From NCBI GenBank assembly GCA_040081625.1, contig JBEBGD010000064.1, forward strand, positions 1 to 32,396: a stretch of 32,396 nucleotides of DNA. Direction: 5' to 3'. Below the pieces are notes generated by a model. That model was not told where the DNA came from, searched no databases, and worked only from the letters and a program-made list of their open reading frames with translations. Below are positions 9,362-18,051 of the stretch, in pieces. The translations under genes were made by a program, and so were the position numbers. Each line of letters opens with the position of its first letter. Position 1 is the stretch's first letter. The stretch is from Chthoniobacteraceae bacterium. Lineage in GTDB: Bacteria; Verrucomicrobiota; Verrucomicrobiia; Chthoniobacterales; Chthoniobacteraceae.

Positions 9362-9613
9362 TCGATTCTTGGCATCCGATCTAATCTCGACTCCATGCTG
9401 GGCGGAAAGGCGGCGGCGGAATTGGATGCCGTGAGCTCTGCTGGCTTCTTGTGATCGGGTGAGCGGAGGCCAGCAGAACGGGCTGCCTCCGGCAAGAGAC
9501 TATTTGAGCCTGGGTGGGCCAACGGGTTGCGGCAATGCGGCGACCCAACCCCGAATCGCGTAGTATCTCGACACGCTCCTAGCAAAGCGGGGGGATTCGA
9601 GTTGTTCCCGCGA

Positions 9614-11800
9614 ATGTTCAAGCCGCTCCGCCCTCTTCTGCTGATCTTCGCGCTTTCGGCGCAAGCCGGCGACGTGGTCTATCGGCGCGATGTGATGGCG
9701 CTGCTCTCAAAGGCGGGATGCAACGCGGGCGGCTGCCACGGGAATGGGCAGGGCAAGGGCGGACTCAAGATCTCGCTGCGCGGACAGGACGCGGATCTCG
9801 ACTGGCTGGCGATGGTGCGCGACCAGGGCGGGCGGCGCGTAAATCTGCTCGAGCCGGAGCGCAGCCTCCTCCTGCAGAAGGCGACCGCGCAGCTCGCGCA
9901 CGAAGGCGGCCAGCGTTTCGCGGTGGATTCGCCGGAGTATGAAATCTTGCGCGCGTGGATCGCGGACGGCGCGCCGGATAGCGGCGCGGAGCTGCGGCTC
10001 ACGAAGCTGGACGTGACGCCGCGGAGCGCGGTGCTCATCGAGCCGGAGGAGGCGGCGCAGTTCGCGGTGAGCGCGACTTTCTCCGATGGCACGACGCGCG
10101 ATGTGACGGGGCTCGCGGTGTATGAGCCGAACAATCTCGGCGCGAAGGCGAGCGCCGGCGGGCGGGTGACGCGTGAGGCTTTCGGGGAGACGACGGTGCT
10201 CGTGCGCTATCTCGGCAAGCAGGTGCCGGTGACGATCAACTTCGTGCCGAGCCGCGCGTTCACGTGGGCGAATCCGCCGGCGGGCAATTTCGTGGACGAG
10301 GTCGTCTTCAAGAAGCTCGCGCGGCTGCGCGTCAATCCATCGGAGCTGTGCAGCGACGAGCTTTTCGTGCGGCGTGCGTCGCTCGATCTGCTCGGGCTTG
10401 TGCCGAGCGCGGAGGAGACGCGTGCGTTCCTCGACGATCCCGCGCCGGACAAGCGGGCGCGGCTGGTCGAGCGCCTGCTCACGCGGGGCGAGTTCGCGGA
10501 TTTCTGGGCGATGAAGTGGGCAGACCTGCTGCGAATCGAGGAGCGGCAGCTCGATCGGAATGGCGTCGCCGTCTTTCACGGCTGGATCCGCAAGTGCATC
10601 GCGGAAAACATGCCGGTCGATGAGTTCGCCCGGGAGCTGGTCGGCGCGCGCGGCTCGACTTACAAGAACCCGCCGGCGAACTGGTATCGCGCGAACCGCG
10701 ATCCCGTGCAGCGCGCGGAGAATACGGCGCGCGTCTTCCTCGGCACGCAGCTCAACTGCGCGCAGTGTCACAATCATCCCTTCGAGCGCTGGACGCAGGA
10801 CGACTACTACAACTGGGCCGCGCTTTTCGCCCGCGTGGACTACGTGGTGAAGGACAACAAGCGCTCGGACAAGAGCGACAAGCACGAGTTCAACGGCGAT
10901 CAGTTCGTGACGCTCAAGGCGCTCGGCAGTGTGCTCAATCCGCGCACCGGCCAGCCGGCGACGATGCGCTTCCTCGGCGGCGGGAAGCCGGTGATCACGC
11001 CGCGCAGCAGCGAGCTCGCGTCGCTCGCGGAGTGGCTCTCGCATTCGCCGATGTTCGCGCGGATGCAGGTGAACCGCGTGTGGTTCAATCTCTTCGGTCG
11101 CGGGCTCGTCGATCCGGTGGACGACTTCCGCGCGAGCAATCCGCCGTCGCATCCCGAGCTGCTCGATGCGCTGACGCGGGACTTCGTCGAGCACGGCTAC
11201 GACCTGCGCCATTTGATCCGCACGATCATGGCGTCGCGCACCTACCAGCTCGACGCGACGCCGAACGCCACGAATCGCGACGACGAGACGCTCTTCTCAC
11301 GCGCCATCGTGCGCCGGCTTGGCGCGGAGCAGTTGATCGACTCGATGGGCCGCGCGCTCGGGGCGCCGATCGAGATCGACGGTTTCCCCGCCGGCACGCG
11401 GCTCACGCAGACGCCTGCCGGGCGTAAACACTACAAGCCGCTCACCACCGACGCGGACCGCTTCTCGGCGACCTTCGGAAAGCCGCCGAGGCTGGTGACG
11501 AGCGAGTGCGAGCGGAGCAACGAAGTCGCGCTGCCGCAGGTCTTCCAACTCGCGAGCGGCCCTCTGGTGCAGCAGATCCTCACGAATAAGGACAACTTGA
11601 TCGGGCAACTCCTCGGCGCTGGCAAAGCGGACGGGGAGGTCGTGGACGCGCTCTCGTGGGCTGTCCTCACGCGGGCGCCCGGCGCGGCGGAGCGGGAGAA
11701 ATTCTACGGACACCTCGGGGCGCCCGGAGACAAGCGGCGGGCGGCGGAGGACGTCGCGTGGGCCTTGCTCAACTCGAAGGAGTTTATCTTTCGGAGGTAA
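9614..11800 (+). CDS. Exported DUF1549/DUF1553 (PSCyt2/PSD1) planctomycete-type cytochrome c domain protein with an Ig-like domain
   Basis: Signal peptide from ATG 9614, CNAGGCHG and CAQCHNHPF heme-type motifs, FVRRASLDL, VNRVW...GRGLVDPVDD, PSHPELLD, C-terminal WALLNSKEF. Confidence 0.88.
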   Translation: MFKPLRPLLLIFALSAQAGDVVYRRDVMALLSKAGCNAGGCHGNGQGKGGLKISLRGQDADLDWLAMVRDQGGRRVNLLEPERSLLLQKATAQLAHEGGQRFAVDSPEYEILRAWIADGAPDSGAELRLTKLDVTPRSAVLIEPEEAAQFAVSATFSDGTTRDVTGLAVYEPNNLGAKASAGGRVTREAFGETTVLVRYLGKQVPVTINFVPSRAFTWANPPAGNFVDEVVFKKLARLRVNPSELCSDELFVRRASLDLLGLVPSAEETRAFLDDPAPDKRARLVERLLTRGEFADFWAMKWADLLRIEERQLDRNGVAVFHGWIRKCIAENMPVDEFARELVGARGSTYKNPPANWYRANRDPVQRAENTARVFLGTQLNCAQCHNHPFERWTQDDYYNWAALFARVDYVVKDNKRSDKSDKHEFNGDQFVTLKALGSVLNPRTGQPATMRFLGGGKPVITPRSSELASLAEWLSHSPMFARMQVNRVWFNLFGRGLVDPVDDFRASNPPSHPELLDALTRDFVEHGYDLRHLIRTIMASRTYQLDATPNATNRDDETLFSRAIVRRLGAEQLIDSMGRALGAPIEIDGFPAGTRLTQTPAGRKHYKPLTTDADRFSATFGKPPRLVTSECERSNEVALPQVFQLASGPLVQQILTNKDNLIGQLLGAGKADGEVVDALSWAVLTRAPGAAEREKFYGHLGAPGDKRRAAEDVAWALLNSKEFIFRR

Positions 11801-11828
11801 GTAGTTTCCCCGGGAGAGCGGTTGGGAG

Positions 11829-11845
11829 TTGGCATTGGCAGTGCT
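11829..11845 (+). promoter_or_regulatory. Candidate sigma-54 (-24/-12) promoter
   Basis: tTGGCAttggcagTGCT has the GG-N10-GC spacing and lies about 25 bp upstream of ATG 11870. Confidence 0.5.
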
Positions 11846-11869
11846 TGTGATAATAAAGACACCACACCG

Positions 11870-12367
11870 ATGCTTTACCTAAACCATCAGCCCCACCCCC
11901 ACAGCCCGAAGACCCAGCGCGCACTCCGCGCCGCCGACGGGTATCTCTACCTCGGAATGGCGGAGGAAGCCCTTGAGGAGATCACGGGCACGGCGGAGAC
12001 CGAGTCCGACCAGCCGGAAGTGCTGCTCGCGCGCAATCGCGTCCTGCTTCACCTGGGCCGCTGGAAGGAAGTCGAGGCGCTCGCGGCACACGCGATCAAG
12101 TGCCACCCGGAACGCGATGAGTTCACCGTCCAGCGGGCCTTTGCCCTGCACAAGATGAAGAAGGGCGATCTCGCGCTGAGCGTGATCGACGCCGCGCCCG
12201 AATGGATCCGGCGCACCGGCATCCTTCACTACAATCTCGCCTGCTACGAGGCGCAGCTCGGCGACATCAAGACCGCGCGCCACTGCATCAGCGTGGCCAT
12301 CCAGATGAACGAGGCGATGCGCAAGAACGCGAAGTCCGACCCGGACCTGCGCGGCCTCTACAACTGA
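11870..12367 (+). CDS. Tetratricopeptide-repeat protein
   Basis: AADGYLYLGMAEEALEE and C-terminal HYNLACYEAQLG...AKSDPDLRGL are TPR-like. Likely start ATG 11870. Confidence 0.8.
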   Translation: MLYLNHQPHPHSPKTQRALRAADGYLYLGMAEEALEEITGTAETESDQPEVLLARNRVLLHLGRWKEVEALAAHAIKCHPERDEFTVQRAFALHKMKKGDLALSVIDAAPEWIRRTGILHYNLACYEAQLGDIKTARHCISVAIQMNEAMRKNAKSDPDLRGLYN

Positions 12368-13240
12368 TCAACGAGAGAGCGTCGCACGCACGTGCTCCTC
12401 GACGGCTTCCTGCCACGGGCGTGGCGTGAGGCCGCTGCGCTCGGCAAACTTCGCCGTGGACAGCACCGTATAGACCGGCCGCTTCGCCACGAACGCCGCA
12501 AGGTCGCTCATCCTCAGCGGCGCGACCGTGCGACCCTTGAGCGGCGCGCCCAGCTTCGCCGCGCAGTCGATGGCGAACTGCCCGTATTCCTGCCACGTGC
12601 ATTCGCCGGTGTTGGCGAGATGCAGCACGCCCGTCGCCCTCTTCTCGCGCAGCAGCGGCCGGAGCAGCTTCGCCACGTCGAGGGTATAAGTCGGCGTGGA
12701 CCACTTGTCGGCGATGGCGCTCAAGTCCTCGGTCTCGTGCGCGCGCTGGAGGATCTGATCCACGAAGCTCGGCCGGTCCGGTCCGAAGACCCACGACATG
12801 CGCACCGCGAGATGCTCGGGCGAAGCCTCGAGGAGTGCCGCCTCGCCCGCGAGCTTCGACGCCGCATAGACACCGAGCGGCCGCGCCTTGTCCCTCTCGG
12901 TGTAGGGCGTGCGCTTCTCGCCATCGAAGACGTAGTCCGTGCTGATGTGGATGCATCGCTTGCGCTTGCGCTGGCACATCTCCGCGATCACGCGCACCGC
13001 GTCGCCGTTGATGCTCATCGCCTCTTCTTTGTGGCTCTCGCAGTAGTCAACATTCGTCAGCGCCGCGCAGTTCACGAGCACGTCGAAGCTCAGCGGCGTG
13101 ATCGCATCGCGAATCGCATCCGCATCCGCGAGGTCGAGGCTCGCGTGGGCGAAAGAGTGGACCTGTTCCCCGGCGGCCTTCCACTCGCGCGCGAGCGCCG
13201 CGCCCAGTCGTCCGCCGCTGCCGATGATGACGATCCTCAT
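12368..13240 (-). CDS. rfbD: dTDP-4-dehydrorhamnose reductase
   Basis: GSGGRLG, NCAALTNVD, HISTDYVFDG, YAASKLAGE (YxxxK). Confidence 0.93.
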   Translation of the reverse strand: MRIVIIGSGGRLGAALAREWKAAGEQVHSFAHASLDLADADAIRDAITPLSFDVLVNCAALTNVDYCESHKEEAMSINGDAVRVIAEMCQRKRKRCIHISTDYVFDGEKRTPYTERDKARPLGVYAASKLAGEAALLEASPEHLAVRMSWVFGPDRPSFVDQILQRAHETEDLSAIADKWSTPTYTLDVAKLLRPLLREKRATGVLHLANTGECTWQEYGQFAIDCAAKLGAPLKGRTVAPLRMSDLAAFVAKRPVYTVLSTAKFAERSGLTPRPWQEAVEEHVRATLSR

Positions 13241-13249
13241 GCGCTTGAA

Positions 13250-13385
13250 GTTTGGAGTTTGCAGTTTGGCGTTTGGTATTTGGCCCGCCGCAGGCGCCGC
13301 CCGACTGCGGATGCGTCCCGCGTTGCCACCGGCCGTGCGTGCGGCTCAACGCCAAACGCCAAACGCCAAACGCCAAACGCCGAAG
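13250..13385. repeat. Inverted heptamer tandem-repeat element (GTTTGGC / GCCAAAC)
   Basis: gtttgga-gtttgca-gtttggc-gtttggt-atttggc (13250-13284) faces four perfect gccaaac copies (13351-13378) plus gccgaag. Confidence 0.88.
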
Positions 13386-13394
13386 GATGCGCGC

Positions 13395-14372
13395 TCATTT
13401 GCGCAGCGGCTCCCACCACTCGCGATTGCCGAGATACCACTCCACCGTTTCGCGAATCCCCTGCTCCGGCCGATGCCGCGGCTTCCAGCCCAGCTCGCGC
13501 TGCGCCTTGCCCGAGTCGATCGCATACCGCCAGTCATGCCCGAGCCGATCCGTCACGTAGGTGATCAAACTCTCCGGCTTGCCGAGGCTCGCGAGGATCA
13601 GCTTCACCACCTCGATATTCCGCAGCTCCCCATCGCCCCCGAAGTTATACACCTCGCCCGGCTTCCCCTGCAGCAGCGCCGCGAGCAGCCCCGAGCAGTG
13701 ATCCTCGACATGGATCCAGTCGCGCACATTGCGCCCGTCGCCATACACCGGCAGCGGCACATCGTTCATCGCATTCGTGATCATCAGCGGGATCAGCTTC
13801 TCGGGGAACTGATACGGCCCGTAGTTGTTCGAGCACCGCGTCACCACCACCTCCTGGTTGAAGGTATGATGATGCGCCAGCGCCAGCAGATCCGCCGAAG
13901 CCTTGCTCGCCGAGTAAGGCGATGACGGCGCCAGCGGCGTGCTCTCGGTGAAGCGCGGATCGTCATCCCGCAGCGAGCCATACACCTCGTCCGTGCCGAC
14001 CTGGAGAAAGCGCCGCACCCCGTGCTTGCGCGCCGCATTCAGCAGCACCGAGGTCCCCACCACATTCGTGTGGATGAAGTTCTCCGGCGAATCGATCGAG
14101 CGATCCACGTGCGACTCCGCCGCGAAGTTCACCACCGCAAAGAACTGATGCCGCGCAAACGCCGCCTCCATCGCCCCCGCATCCGCGATGTCCGCCTTCA
14201 CGAACTCATATCGTTCCCCCATCTGCTCCGCCACGTCCGCGAGGTTCGCCGGATTACCCGCATAAGTAAGCGCATCCACATTCGTGACGAACGCCGGCCC
14301 GTAATGCTCGAGAACGTAACGAATGAAATTGCTGCCGATGAAGCCGCAGCCGCCAGTCACAAGAAGTCGCAT
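13395..14372 (-). CDS. rfbB: dTDP-glucose 4,6-dehydratase
   Basis: TGGCGFIGSNF, DALTYAGN, AAESHVDRSI, TDEVYG, PYSASKA, SNNYGPYQFPEKLIP. Confidence 0.96.
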   Translation of the reverse strand: MRLLVTGGCGFIGSNFIRYVLEHYGPAFVTNVDALTYAGNPANLADVAEQMGERYEFVKADIADAGAMEAAFARHQFFAVVNFAAESHVDRSIDSPENFIHTNVVGTSVLLNAARKHGVRRFLQVGTDEVYGSLRDDDPRFTESTPLAPSSPYSASKASADLLALAHHHTFNQEVVVTRCSNNYGPYQFPEKLIPLMITNAMNDVPLPVYGDGRNVRDWIHVEDHCSGLLAALLQGKPGEVYNFGGDGELRNIEVVKLILASLGKPESLITYVTDRLGHDWRYAIDSGKAQRELGWKPRHRPEQGIRETVEWYLGNREWWEPLRK

Positions 14373-14440
14373 GAAAGGCGCGCACGTAGCAGCCGTGCGG
14401 AGCAGCCGCTACAAATTTCGGCCTTCTCCCGCTCTACTAG

Positions 14441-14570
14441 GAGACTGTTGAAATAGTCCACAGATTCCACGGATGGACACAGATTCGTCGCGGCAATCCG
14501 TTCAGCCTCTCGGTGAAAATCGGTGCAATCTGTGGACAGCCACCGAGGCGCCGAGTTTTTCCACCGGCTA
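14441..14570 (-). mobile_element. MITE-like 130-bp element, copy 1
   Basis: Reverse complement aligns without gaps to 16217-16346 (112/130 identical by hand count). Flanked by CTAG (14437-14440) and CCAG (14571-14574). Has an internal gtccacagatt...aatctgtggac inverted repeat. Confidence 0.8.
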
Positions 14571-14574
14571 CCAG

Positions 14575-14851
14575 GCACACCGGTTCTGCTGCTGTTCATG
14601 GCTGTCATTGTGTTCTTCACAGTCCAGCCCGCACAATCGAAGAAACTCTAGAGCCGCTCTTTTCGCTCAATCAATGGCACGACGTGGCCATCGAGCTGAA
14701 GAAAGGGACGATCCTCCTGACGATCGACGGGAAGAAGCACCGCTTCCAAAGCGCGAACATCGACATGGCGGGACAGGCGCAGATTGATTTCAAGGCCGTC
14801 GATTTCGGAAGCTGCCGGATCGACCACATCAGACTCTGGGAAGGCCGGTAG
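14575..14851 (+). pseudogene. Remnant of a secreted protein with a ConA/LamG-like C-terminus
   Basis: One frame reads TPVLLLFMAVIVFFTVQPAQSKKL* (signal-peptide-like, 14577-14651). A shifted frame reads EETLEPLFSLNQWHDVAIELKKGTILLTIDGK...IDHIRLWEGR*. The 5' end abuts the MITE. Confidence 0.55.
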
Positions 14852-14904
14852 TTCATCGCGCTATGCGGCTTGAAAGGCTGGGCGACACCGGGCACTCCTC
14901 TCGG

Positions 14905-16209
14905 ATGAACCGCCGCCACTTTCTCGCCACCACGCTCCTCGCGGGCGCCGCACCGTTCATCCGCGCCGCCGGGCCGCGCAAGCTGCGCACGGCGCTCATC
15001 GGCTCGGGTTGGTGGGGAAAGAACATCCTCAAGGAGGCGATCGCTTCGGGGCGCTGCGCAGTCGTCGCGCTCGCGGATGTGGATACGAACATCGCCGAGA
15101 TCGCCGGCGAGCAGGTGAACGATCTGAGCGGCGAGACGCCGAAGCTTTACCGCGATTACCGCGAGCTGCTCGCGAAGGAGAAGCCGGACATCGTCATCAT
15201 CGCGACGCCGGATCACTGGCACGCGCTCAATACCATCGACGCGCTCAAGGCCGGCGCGCACGTCTTCGTGGAGAAGCCGACCGGGCACACGGTGAATGAG
15301 AGCCGCGCGATGCTGCGCGCGGCGCGGGAGAGCGGGCGCGTGGTGCAAGTGGGGCTGCATCGGCGCATCGGGCCGCATCACGTGAGCGGCATGAAGTTCC
15401 TCAAGTCCGGCGCGCTCGGCGAAGTGGGCATGGTGCGGCTCTTCGCGCACAGCGCGAGCGGTGGCCCGGAGAAGCCGACGCCGAACGAACCCGCGCCCGA
15501 GAGCATGGACTGGAACTCGTGGTGCGGCCCCGCGCCGCTGCGTCCGTTCAGCAAGAAGCTGCACCCCGGTGGCTGGCGCAACACGCTCGACTTCGCGAAT
15601 GGCACGCTCGGCGACTGGGGCGTGCATTGGCTCGACCAGCTCCTGTGGTGGAGCGGCGAGCATTACCCGAAACGCGTCTTTTGCACCGGTGGCCGGCCCG
15701 TGCTCGGCGCGCCCGTCTTGACCGACGAGGAGCAGACCAGCGACGCGCCCGATCATCAGGTCGCCACGTATGAGTTTGAGAGGTTCACGTGCGTGTGGGA
15801 GCACCGGCGATTCGGCGGCAACGACAACGAGAAGCACAAGATCGGCGCCTACTACTACGGCACCAAGGGCGTGCTGCACATCGGCTGGCGCGACGGCTGG
15901 ACCTTCTACCCGAGCACGAAGGGCGGTAAGATGGAGCACGAAGACTCGCAGCTCGTGGAGCCCGATGGGCACAACATCGCGCTGCTGTGGGCCGACTTCC
16001 TCGCCGCGATCGGCGAGCGTCGCGCCCCCGTCGCGAGCATCGAACTCGCCCACCGTTCCTCGGTGCTCCCGCTGCTCGGCATGATCTCGTGGCGCACCGG
16101 TCGCAGCCTCGCGTGGGATGGCGCGACCGAGCAGATCATCGGCGACGCCGAAGCCAGCGCGCTGCTCTCGCGGCCGTATCGCGGGCCGTGGGTGTATCCG
16201 GCGGTGTAG
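14905..16209 (+). CDS. Tat-exported Gfo/Idh/MocA family oxidoreductase
   Basis: MNRRHFL twin-arginine signal, IGSGWWG, IIATPDHWHA, VFVEKP, GDWGVHWLD. Confidence 0.92.
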   Translation: MNRRHFLATTLLAGAAPFIRAAGPRKLRTALIGSGWWGKNILKEAIASGRCAVVALADVDTNIAEIAGEQVNDLSGETPKLYRDYRELLAKEKPDIVIIATPDHWHALNTIDALKAGAHVFVEKPTGHTVNESRAMLRAARESGRVVQVGLHRRIGPHHVSGMKFLKSGALGEVGMVRLFAHSASGGPEKPTPNEPAPESMDWNSWCGPAPLRPFSKKLHPGGWRNTLDFANGTLGDWGVHWLDQLLWWSGEHYPKRVFCTGGRPVLGAPVLTDEEQTSDAPDHQVATYEFERFTCVWEHRRFGGNDNEKHKIGAYYYGTKGVLHIGWRDGWTFYPSTKGGKMEHEDSQLVEPDGHNIALLWADFLAAIGERRAPVASIELAHRSSVLPLLGMISWRTGRSLAWDGATEQIIGDAEASALLSRPYRGPWVYPAV

Positions 16210-16216
16210 TGTCTAG

Positions 16217-16346
16217 CAGCCTGTTGAAAAAGATGATGCCTCGGTGGTCGTCCACAGATTGCACCGATTTTCACAGAGAAGCTGAACGGACTATCGGGAC
16301 GAATCTGTGCCCATCCGTGAAATCTGTGGACTATTTCAACAGTCTC
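16217..16346 (+). mobile_element. MITE-like 130-bp element, copy 2
   Basis: Terminal inverted repeats cagcctgttgaaa...tttcaacagtctc (11/13 match). Flanked by CTAG (16213-16216) and CCAG (16347-16350). Internal 11-bp inverted repeat 16250-16260/16321-16331. Confidence 0.8.
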
Positions 16347-16350
16347 CCAG

Positions 16351-16618
16351 CGGAACATGAGCACCGATTGCAGGCGGGTGATCGCGACAAGCGGCGACGG
16401 CACCGCCTTGGTCACGCGCGGCAGCAGGTAAATGATCGCGAGCGCCGCGCCGCCGTCGCCGCGGAGATCATCCCGGGCCGCCCGCCAAAGATGGAGCACA
16501 TCACCGCGATGCAAAACGAAGCATAGAGCCCGACCTTCGGGTCCACTCCGGCGATGATGGAAAACGCGATGGCTTGCGGAATGAGCGCCAACGCCACGAC
16601 GACCGTCCCGCATAGCGC
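16351..16618 (-). pseudogene. Internally deleted remnant of a SulP family inorganic anion transporter
   Basis: [50 protein letters not shown] (SulP N-terminal signature) is joined out of frame to [22 protein letters not shown], a segment that normally lies much further downstream. Confidence 0.8.
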
Positions 16619-16719
16619 GCTCGTTGCAAGAGCTCTTCTCCCCGCGAGAGAATCTCAGCCATCGAGAGGCGGATGCGGGGCTTGAACTGCCGATGCCGCC
16701 ATCCTTACGCTCCATCGAA

Positions 16720-18039
16720 ATGCACACCGTCACCCCCGCCCCCGCCCGCCTGCGCGATACGCTGCGCTACATCGGCCCCGGCCTCATCGTCACCGCCAGC
16801 ATCGTCGGGTCGGGCGAGCTGATCGTCACCCCGCGGGTGGCGTCGGAGAATGGGTTCACGCTGCTGTGGCTCATCGTGCTCGGCTGCATGGTGAAGGTAT
16901 TCGTGCAGATCGAGCTCGGGCGTTACGCCGTGGCGAAGGGCAGGACCACGCTGCAGGCTCTCAATCAAATACCGGGGCCGCGCGCGCGTGTGTCGTGGAT
17001 CGTATGGATGTGGGCGGTGGTCTTCCTCGCCATCATCTCGCAGGTCGGTGGCATCATCGGCGGCACGGCGGAGGTGCTCAAGGCGGGCGGGGTGCCGATC
17101 GATCACCGCCTCATCGCCGTGGCCGTCGGCGGTTCGTGCGCGGCGCTGCTTGCGTTCGGGCGCTACAGGATGGTCGAGCTGTTCTCCACCGCGCTGGTGG
17201 TCGTCTTCACCGTGGCGACGGTCGTCGCGCTCGGCTCGCTGCAATGGACCGAGTATCGGATCTCCGCCGCCAACATCGCGGAGGGTTTCCGCTTTCATCT
17301 CCCGGAGAACTCCGCCACCGCGTTCGCCGCGCTCGGCATCATCGGTGTGGGGGCGTCGGAGCTGATCTACTATCCGTATTGGTGTCTGGAGAAAGGCTAC
17401 GCGGCCCGTGTCGGCGGGCGCGACGTGGCGGGCTGGCTCGATCGCGCACGCGGCTGGATGCGCGTGATGCGCGTGGATGCGTGGCTTTCGATGGTCATCT
17501 ACACGGGCGCCACGGTCGCCTTCTACCTGCTCGGCGCGGCGGTGCTGCACGCGAAGTCGCTCAAGGTCTCCGACAAGGACATGATCCCGACGCTGGCGAA
17601 TATGTATTCGGAGAGCTTCGGTCCGTGGGGGCTCTGGGTGTTCCTGATCGGTGCCTTCGCGGTGCTCTTCTCGACAGCTTTCGCCGCGACCGCATCGAAC
17701 GCGCGCCTGCTCGCCGATGGGCTGGAACTCTTCGGTGTGAAGCGCTACGCCGACCCCGAGGCCCGCGCGCGCATGGTGCGAATGTGCTGCATCGGCCTGC
17801 CGATCTACGCGACGGCGATCTACCTCATCACCGCCAAACCGGTGACGCTCGTGCTGATCAGCGGTGCCGGGCAGGCGCTGCTGCTGCCCTTTCTCGCGGG
17901 CGCGGCGATCTACTTCCGCTACCGGAAGCTCGACCCGGAGCTTCGTCCCGGCGCGCTGTGGTCGGCCTTCCTGTGGCTGTCGGCGATCTGCATGGCCGTG
18001 GCGGGCGCGTATCAGCTCTACGAGCAAGTGCTCAAGTAG
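16720..18039 (+). CDS. Nramp-related (YcsG-like) membrane transporter
   Basis: IGPGLIVTASIVGSGELI, KVFVQIELGRY, YPYWCLEKGY and about 11 hydrophobic segments. Lacks the canonical DPGN motif of MntH. Start likely ATG 16720. Confidence 0.8.
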   Translation: MHTVTPAPARLRDTLRYIGPGLIVTASIVGSGELIVTPRVASENGFTLLWLIVLGCMVKVFVQIELGRYAVAKGRTTLQALNQIPGPRARVSWIVWMWAVVFLAIISQVGGIIGGTAEVLKAGGVPIDHRLIAVAVGGSCAALLAFGRYRMVELFSTALVVVFTVATVVALGSLQWTEYRISAANIAEGFRFHLPENSATAFAALGIIGVGASELIYYPYWCLEKGYAARVGGRDVAGWLDRARGWMRVMRVDAWLSMVIYTGATVAFYLLGAAVLHAKSLKVSDKDMIPTLANMYSESFGPWGLWVFLIGAFAVLFSTAFAATASNARLLADGLELFGVKRYADPEARARMVRMCCIGLPIYATAIYLITAKPVTLVLISGAGQALLLPFLAGAAIYFRYRKLDPELRPGALWSAFLWLSAICMAVAGAYQLYEQVLK

Positions 18040-18051
18040 CCTCTCGGCGCG

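Noticed and set aside
8753..9454. 233-aa plus-strand ORF
   Set aside because: Antisense to the DUF1801 gene, which has recognisable family motifs.
13250..16346. Repeats considered as a CRISPR array or attC sites
   Set aside because: No regularly spaced direct repeats with unique spacers, no cas or integrase gene, and no GTTRRRY/RYYYAAC core sites on the 130-bp elements.
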